From assembly GCA_963807165.1 (NCBI GenBank), contig CAWDZM010000004.1, positions 2,670 through 66,669 on the forward strand: a stretch of DNA of 64,000 nt. The letters run 5' to 3'. This DNA comes from an uncultured bacterium. Its GTDB lineage: Bacteria > Patescibacteriota > Minisyncoccia > UBA6257 > 2-01-FULL-56-20. The stretch's first letter is position 1, and each line of letters opens with the position of its first letter. The position numbers and the translations under genes were made by a program. The notes beneath the pieces were generated by a model, which searched no databases, was not told where the DNA came from, and saw only the letters and a program-made list of their open reading frames with translations. Shown here one piece after another: positions 58,323-64,000 of the stretch.

Positions 58323-59630
58323 ATGCCTTCAAAGAAGGGATCTGCAAAGCGGGCAAAAAAAGTGAATAAAAAAGGCCACATGGCAAAGAAACTAAAGAAA
58401 ACTTTGAAACAAAAGCCTAAGAAGGCAGCGGTAAAGAAGACCACTAAACCGGCGAAAAAGCCGGTAGAGAAGCTTGTTAAAAAAATCGCGGCGGTAAAAG
58501 TTGCGAAAGGAAAGAAAGGAAAAGAAAAGCCACTCTCCAAACTCGACAAGGCTATCAAGGTCAACGCGACCGAGATCAACGAGCTCATCGAGCGCGGTCG
58601 CCCGCGCGGCTTCGTGACCGATAACGAGATCCTTTATTATTTCCCAAAGATCGAGGACAACGTGGACCTGCTCGACGAGATCTATGACCGCCTGGAAAAG
58701 GCGGGTATCAAAGTGATCGAGACGAGCGCGCTCATTGATTTTTCAAAAGACGAAAAGAGCGAGGTCGTTGATGACTCGATGGCGTTTGAAGGCGATGTGC
58801 CGGATGCGGTGCAAATGTATTTGAAAGAGATCGGCAAGACGCCGTTGCTTTCTAAGGATGAAGAGCGCGAGCTCGCGAAGCGTTCGGAGAAGGGTGATGA
58901 AGAAGCGCGTCAGCGTTTGATGAAGGCGAACCTTCGCTTGGTGGTTTCTATTGCAAAGCGTTACGTTAACCGCACGCCGCATCTTTCAATTCTCGATTTG
59001 ATCCAGGAAGGAAATATTGGATTGTCTCGCGCCGTCGAAAAGTTTGACTATCGCCGCGGATTTAAATTCTCGACGTATGCCACGTGGTGGATCCGTCAGG
59101 CGATCACCCGTGCGCTCGCCGACCAGTCTCGCACGGTGCGCATTCCGGTGCATATGGTGGAGACGATCTCGAAGTACACGCAGGTGCGCCGCCAGTTGAT
59201 CCAGGAGCTCGGCCGCGATCCGCTCGCGGAGGAGATCGCCGCAGAGATGGGCATTGATGTGGAGAAGGTGCGGCACATTCAGAAGATCTCACAGGAGGTG
59301 CTGTCTATCGAGACGCCGATCGGCGATGAGGAGGATTCCACGCTCTCCGACTTTATTCCCGATGAGCGCAACGCGACGCCGTCACAGCTGACCGCGCGCG
59401 CGATGCTCCGCGATCTTATCAAAGAGATCATGATCGACCTCACCGAACGCGAACAGCAGATATTAAAGATGCGTTTCGGTTTGGACGATGGCATCAGTCA
59501 TACGCTTGAGGAAGTGGGCAAGGCGTTCGGCGTCACGCGCGAGCGCATTCGCCAGATCGAAGCCAAGGCTTTGGAAAAGATCCGCGAGCATGGCAAAGCG
59601 CCGGCCCTCGAGGGATTTGATAGCTTGTAA
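58323..59630 (+). CDS. rpoD: RNA polymerase sigma-70 factor RpoD with Lys/Ala-rich basic N-terminal extension
   Basis: Regions 1.2-4.2 present: region 2.1-2.4 ([30 protein letters not shown]) and region 4.2 ([38 protein letters not shown]); N-terminal 70 aa are KKxAKK repeats. Confidence 0.9.
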   Translation: MPSKKGSAKRAKKVNKKGHMAKKLKKTLKQKPKKAAVKKTTKPAKKPVEKLVKKIAAVKVAKGKKGKEKPLSKLDKAIKVNATEINELIERGRPRGFVTDNEILYYFPKIEDNVDLLDEIYDRLEKAGIKVIETSALIDFSKDEKSEVVDDSMAFEGDVPDAVQMYLKEIGKTPLLSKDEERELAKRSEKGDEEARQRLMKANLRLVVSIAKRYVNRTPHLSILDLIQEGNIGLSRAVEKFDYRRGFKFSTYATWWIRQAITRALADQSRTVRIPVHMVETISKYTQVRRQLIQELGRDPLAEEIAAEMGIDVEKVRHIQKISQEVLSIETPIGDEEDSTLSDFIPDERNATPSQLTARAMLRDLIKEIMIDLTEREQQILKMRFGLDDGISHTLEEVGKAFGVTRERIRQIEAKALEKIREHGKAPALEGFDSL

Positions 59631-59639
59631 AAGTTAAAA

Positions 59640-59680
59640 AAACAAGAAAAACCCTGCAATTGCGGGGTTTTTCTTTTAAT
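59640..59680 (+). terminator. Intrinsic terminator after rpoD
   Basis: aaaaaccctgcaattgcggggtttttctttt. Confidence 0.7.
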
Positions 59681-59702
59681 CATTTTTTAATGCGGGTGTG
59701 CT

Positions 59703-60224
59703 ATGGTGGATGCCATGAATACATTTTTAAATGATTTTAACGGCGTTATAAGCGTCATCGGTTTTACCTCGATGGTCGTTGGATTTATTTACGTCGGTAA
59801 AAAGCTGCAGATATTAGATGAATTAAAAGATACGGTCGATGTTATAAAGCACAATCTGAAAGTTGTGACCGATTTTCTCATAAAGAAATTTCCAGACTTT
59901 AATCACGAAGATTTGCGGAACTATAGTCCTGTTCAGCTGAGTGAGCATGGCAAAGACTTCATCATGTCTATTGGCTTTGACATGATATTTATGGAGAACA
60001 AAAAAGATTTCTTCGAGGTTATCGATGATGATTCGCCAAAAATGAAGTACGATGTGCAAACAAGTGCTATTAAATCCATTTACGCGCTTTCGGACAAAGC
60101 ATATATGGATCGCGTGAAGACATATCTTTATGACCATCCGGATCGGAAAATGGATAGAGTCGCTTCTACCCTCGGCATATATATCCGCGATTACTATCTG
60201 GCAGAACATCCGGAAATCAATTAA
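59703..60224 (+). CDS. Hypothetical protein (AT-rich gene)
   Basis: 173-aa ORF, N-terminal hydrophobic helix; lower GC than neighbours. Confidence 0.35.
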   Translation: MVDAMNTFLNDFNGVISVIGFTSMVVGFIYVGKKLQILDELKDTVDVIKHNLKVVTDFLIKKFPDFNHEDLRNYSPVQLSEHGKDFIMSIGFDMIFMENKKDFFEVIDDDSPKMKYDVQTSAIKSIYALSDKAYMDRVKTYLYDHPDRKMDRVASTLGIYIRDYYLAEHPEIN

Positions 60225-60234
60225 CATAGACTTT

Positions 60235-62157
60235 ATGACCCTATCAGAAGTCCGTTCCCGATATCTGGCATTTTTCAAAGCCCGTGGTCACGTGGTGGTG
60301 CCTTCCGCGTCGCTCGTGCCGGAGAATGATCCGACCACGCTTTTTACAAGTTCGGGCATGCAACCACTCGTACCATATTTGCTTGGCCAACCGCATCCGG
60401 AAGGTAAGCGCATCACGGACTCGCAAAAGAGTTTCCGCGCCGACGACATCGACGAGGTGGGCGACAATCGTCATACCACATTCTTTGAGATGCTCGGCAA
60501 CTGGTCACTCGGCGATTATTTTAAACAAGAACAACTCTCATGGTTTTTTGAGTTTTTAACGGACAAAGAAAAAGGCGTCGGTCTCGATCCGATGAATTTA
60601 TATGTGACGGTGTTTGCGGGAGATTCGGAGATGGAAATTCCCGCGGACGATGAATCGGTCAAAATTTGGAAAGAACTTTTTCTTTCAAAAGAGATTGATG
60701 CAAAGTATGTTCAACTTGGTTCGGAAGCAAACGGCAGTGTGATGGGCATGCAAGGCGGCCGCATTTTTTCGTACGATGTAAAAAAGAATTGGTGGTCGCG
60801 CGCAGGCGTGCCGTCCAAGATGCCAGTGGGTGAGCCGGGTGGCCCGGATTCGGAAGTGTTCTACGACTTTGGCGTTACGGACGAGCACGGCACGCCCCGC
60901 CATAGCGTAGCATTCGGCGCACAGTGCCATCCGAACTGCGACTGCGGCCGTTTCCTCGAGATCGGCAACAGCGTTTTTATGGAATACAAAAAGCGTGAGG
61001 ACGGCGCATTTGAGAAGTTGATTCAGAAGAACGTGGACTTCGGCGGTGGGTTAGAGCGCATCACCGCCGCGACGAACGGGGACTCGGATGTGTTTAAGAT
61101 TGATGTCTTCAAGAAAATGGCGGAAGTTTTTACGCTCGATCCCGCATTCATGGAGACCGAAGAAGGGGTGAGGAAGGTACGTGTGGTTTTAGATCACATG
61201 CGCGCATCGGTATTTTTGATCGGCGACGGCGTCCTGCCATCAAATAAAGGACAGGGATATGTGTTGCGTCGCTTGCTCCGCCGCACAGCACTTTTTTCCA
61301 TGCAGTCTATAAAGCCGGAGTATGGCTGGGTAACAAAAATCGTCGGCGTATTGGCTGGTCTCTATAAAGATAGCTATCAGAACATCGCCGACGATGCGGA
61401 TACTATCATAAAAGTCATCGCGGAAGAATTCGCGAAGTTTATGGCTGCGGTGGATGAAGGATTAAAAGAATTTAAAAAACGCGAGATGACGGGGGCTATC
61501 ACCGGCAAGGACGCGTTCGACCTCTATCAAAGCTATGGATTCCCCTGGGAACTTACGCAGGAGATGGCAACAGAAAAAGGCATCAAGGTGAATAAGGAAG
61601 AATTCGAAGCTGAGTTCACTAAACATCGCGACCTCTCCCGCACTGCCTCTGCAGGCACGTTCAAGGGTGGCCTTGCTGATACTTCGGAAAAAACGGTGCG
61701 CTTGCACACTACGCACCATCTATTATTACGCGCCTTGCAGCAGGTGCTCGGGTCGACGGTCAAACAGCGGGGGAGCAACATCACGAGCGAACGCCTTCGC
61801 CTCGACTATCTGCATGACGCCAAGTTGACAGATGAACAAAAGAAAGAAGTGGAGCGCATTGTGAACGAAAAGATCGCAGAGGACTTGCCGGTGGTCCGTA
61901 GCGAGATGCCGCTCGAGGAAGCGGAGAAGCTTGGCGCCGAGCACGAGTTTGGGCAGAAATATCCGGCGCGGGTGTCGGTGTATTCCATCGGGCCGAAGAG
62001 TGCAACCTTGGAAAACCCCCAGTTTGATAAGGCATTTTCCATAGAGTTCTGCGGCGGCCCGCATGTTGCGCATACCGGCGAGATTGGGCACTTTGCGATC
62101 GCAAAAGAAGAGGCGGTGGCGGCGGGAATCCGCCGCATTCGCGGAGTGATCGAATAA
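60235..62157 (+). CDS. alaS: Alanyl-tRNA synthetase, short form (catalytic, tRNA-recognition and editing domains; no C-Ala domain)
   Basis: MTLSEVRSRYLAFFKARGHVVVPSASLVPENDPTTLFTSSGMQ..., FFEMLGNWSLGDYFK, editing-domain HTTHHLL and C-terminal CGGPHV. Confidence 0.85.
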   Translation: MTLSEVRSRYLAFFKARGHVVVPSASLVPENDPTTLFTSSGMQPLVPYLLGQPHPEGKRITDSQKSFRADDIDEVGDNRHTTFFEMLGNWSLGDYFKQEQLSWFFEFLTDKEKGVGLDPMNLYVTVFAGDSEMEIPADDESVKIWKELFLSKEIDAKYVQLGSEANGSVMGMQGGRIFSYDVKKNWWSRAGVPSKMPVGEPGGPDSEVFYDFGVTDEHGTPRHSVAFGAQCHPNCDCGRFLEIGNSVFMEYKKREDGAFEKLIQKNVDFGGGLERITAATNGDSDVFKIDVFKKMAEVFTLDPAFMETEEGVRKVRVVLDHMRASVFLIGDGVLPSNKGQGYVLRRLLRRTALFSMQSIKPEYGWVTKIVGVLAGLYKDSYQNIADDADTIIKVIAEEFAKFMAAVDEGLKEFKKREMTGAITGKDAFDLYQSYGFPWELTQEMATEKGIKVNKEEFEAEFTKHRDLSRTASAGTFKGGLADTSEKTVRLHTTHHLLLRALQQVLGSTVKQRGSNITSERLRLDYLHDAKLTDEQKKEVERIVNEKIAEDLPVVRSEMPLEEAEKLGAEHEFGQKYPARVSVYSIGPKSATLENPQFDKAFSIEFCGGPHVAHTGEIGHFAIAKEEAVAAGIRRIRGVIE

Positions 62158-62178
62158 TCTTTGTGCTAAACTGAATAG

Positions 62179-63360
62179 ATGAAGAAGCCAATTCTCTTCA
62201 AACCGCGGGAAAAGTTTTTGATACTGGCGATCGGCGCTGCGGGTGTTGATGCGTTATTCCTGAGCGTGGATGAGGATCGGAATATTATTTTTGAAAAACG
62301 TACGAAGAATCTCGATCTCAAGAAATTCCTCGCATCGCCGATCAGGAACATGACCCAGAAGTCATGGGAGGGGAAGTATTTTTTTAAGACGCACCGCAAG
62401 GTGATCGTCGCGGCGGATTCCTCGCTCGCGACGACGATTCCGATTCCGCTCGATCTTGTACGCGAACGTGGTGCGGAAAAAAGCGAGGTGGTTCTGCCCG
62501 AGCTTGAGAATCTCATCGCGCAGGGCATGGGAAAGATCTTCAACCAGTGCCGGAGTGAAGCGGCAAAGCGCCTCGGCATCCACGAGATCGACACGATCAT
62601 GGTCGGTGCTAAAGCGCGTAACTTCAGGGTAGACGGCCACCTGGTGGTAAATCCGGTTGGTTTTACCGGCAAGAAAATATCGCTCTTGCTCGAGCTCACG
62701 TTTACTGGGCGCGCGCTTTTTGAAGATCTCAAGCAGTTCTTCAATGCGCCGGAAGATTTCTTTTTTGCCGAGTCGGCGCAGGCGCGCGTTGCCTCTTTGG
62801 CGCGCGCCCGGAAACTCCCGCTCAACCTTATCGTAGACGAGGGTCCGCGCGGCGCGGCGCTTTTTATCTTTGAGAATACAAAAGATGGGCACCCAGTGTT
62901 GTATCGCGAGAAGTTGATGTGGAGTTTTGATGTGCTCTTTTTGCGCATCGCCGCGGAACTGGGGGTGAGTGCTCTTGCCGCGAAGGAAATGTATCGCGCA
63001 TATGTGAGCGAGGCGATGTCCGAAGGCGCCGCGCGGGCATTCAAAAAAATTATCGATCCAGCGGTGGAACAATTTTTGAAGGAGATAGGAAAAGGAAAGC
63101 TCAAAGGATTCGTATATGTGGATGCCGAGCACGAGATGCCGTTCCCGCTTCCGCACCGGCATGGCACGGCAACATTCGACCGTTTCCCGCTCGCGGAAAT
63201 AGTGGCTCAGCTTGGCTTTGCGGATCGGGAAGGGAAGTATTGTGGTCCGGATGCAGTCGTCTCTCGCCACCTTTTGCCGTTCATCGAGGCATACTTTGAT
63301 AAGAGCAATTCGGAGATCAACCAAAAGTTGCGCCGCCGGTTGCATTGGCTTAGCGATTAG
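62179..63360 (+). CDS. Hypothetical protein (possibly divergent actin-like ATPase; unassigned)
   Basis: 393-aa ORF beginning LILAIGAAGVDALFLSVDED; no firm motif. Confidence 0.35.
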   Translation: MKKPILFKPREKFLILAIGAAGVDALFLSVDEDRNIIFEKRTKNLDLKKFLASPIRNMTQKSWEGKYFFKTHRKVIVAADSSLATTIPIPLDLVRERGAEKSEVVLPELENLIAQGMGKIFNQCRSEAAKRLGIHEIDTIMVGAKARNFRVDGHLVVNPVGFTGKKISLLLELTFTGRALFEDLKQFFNAPEDFFFAESAQARVASLARARKLPLNLIVDEGPRGAALFIFENTKDGHPVLYREKLMWSFDVLFLRIAAELGVSALAAKEMYRAYVSEAMSEGAARAFKKIIDPAVEQFLKEIGKGKLKGFVYVDAEHEMPFPLPHRHGTATFDRFPLAEIVAQLGFADREGKYCGPDAVVSRHLLPFIEAYFDKSNSEINQKLRRRLHWLSD

Positions 63361-63409
63361 CACATTTCATCCGGCAGTGAGGCGGTGAATATGATATAAT
63401 TTTTTCATA

Positions 63410-64000
63410 ATGAAAAAAATCATTGTCGATAAAGGAGAAGGCGTTGCGGAGGTCATCGATCGCATATTGAACGAACCTGATGGAGAGGTGTCGGTGGTGG
63501 TTCCGAAGGGATCCACACTCGGCCGCTCGGTGAGTAATTTTCATCTTTTGAAGCGCGAGGCGGATTCCGCCGGGCGCAGTATTGTCATCGAATCGGTTGA
63601 TGAGACGATCCTCGCATTCGCAAAAGAAAGCGGGATCGAATCGAGCCATCCGTTATGGAAAGGTGTGCGCGGCGCAGGTGGTTTTTCGGATATCGTTGCC
63701 CGCCGCGATGAGGATACCGCCGCGCCGTTACGTGGAGATAGAGAGGAGGACGAAGAAGATGAGGAGGAAGAAAAGCATTCCAAAAAAACGGCACCAACGA
63801 CAAGCAAGCGTGGGAAAAAAGCAGAGCCGATCGTGAATGAACATCCGTCCGATGGGGATGATGAGGATGAGGAAGAATCCGAGGAAGCCGCCACGTCCAT
63901 AAAAAAATCCAGCAGCAGTCATTTCTTTGATGGTTCTCCCGATCTCGATGATGAGGAAGACGATCGTTCGCCTCACCAATTTCCCAAGAAGACCGTCATT
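63410..64000 (+). CDS. Hypothetical protein with highly acidic, disordered C-terminal region; 3'-partial (runs off window end)
   Basis: ATG at 63410; open frame to the window end; Asp/Glu-rich EEDEEDEEEEK tracts; not in the ORF track because no stop is present. Confidence 0.4.
   Translation, partial: MKKIIVDKGEGVAEVIDRILNEPDGEVSVVVPKGSTLGRSVSNFHLLKREADSAGRSIVIESVDETILAFAKESGIESSHPLWKGVRGAGGFSDIVARRDEDTAAPLRGDREEDEEDEEEEKHSKKTAPTTSKRGKKAEPIVNEHPSDGDDEDEEESEEAATSIKKSSSSHFFDGSPDLDDEEDDRSPHQFPKKTVI

Overview
The window has the gene content of a small-genome, uncultivated bacterium. A CPR/Patescibacteria-like lineage is my inference only, and the code is standard (TAA/TAG/TGA all terminate ORFs, TGA rarely). 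Gene density is high.

The coding backbone is housekeeping genes:
- Transcription: an in-frame rpoB-rpoC fusion (2245 aa) and rpoD.
- Ribosome and replication: rpsF-ssb-rplK and dnaG.
- tRNA enzymes and translation: gatB, miaA, cca, thrS, serS, a short alaS, a monomeric mitochondrial-type pheS, lepA and dut.
- Cell wall and division: a SEDS FtsW/RodA-type protein, mltG, FtsQ-like, FtsB-like, an M15 peptidase and a GT39 glycosyltransferase.
- Other: a sensor histidine kinase, a cobD + CbiZ-like pair, a six-repeat DUF11 surface protein with a C-terminal PG-binding domain, a CAP-domain protein, and a LysM operon with a Gly/Ser/Asn-repeat secreted protein.

RNA genes are a 23S-5S rRNA operon with its own near-consensus promoter and no 16S in the window, plus tRNA-Met(CAU), tRNA-Pro(CGG) and tRNA-Gly(CCC, minus strand).

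The most striking unexplained signal is a four-copy family of structured intergenic elements. Each has a conserved ~65-nt core with compensatory base changes in its internal hairpins, closed by a long outer stem whose sequence is completely different in each copy. Two copies flank the 23S rRNA, one lies between rpsF and ssb, and one lies after lepA.

Other notable features:
- Several conserved genes (thrS twice, dnaG once, a PGBD-PKD gene twice) carry single-nucleotide frameshifts. These are either assembly indels or pseudogenes.
- An AT-rich island between dnaG and rpoD holds a TGA-interrupted S1 protease and a TAA-interrupted Abi/HEPN-like ORF.
- Two dyad-symmetric direct repeats lie upstream of the LysM operon.

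No CRISPR array or IS element was recognised.
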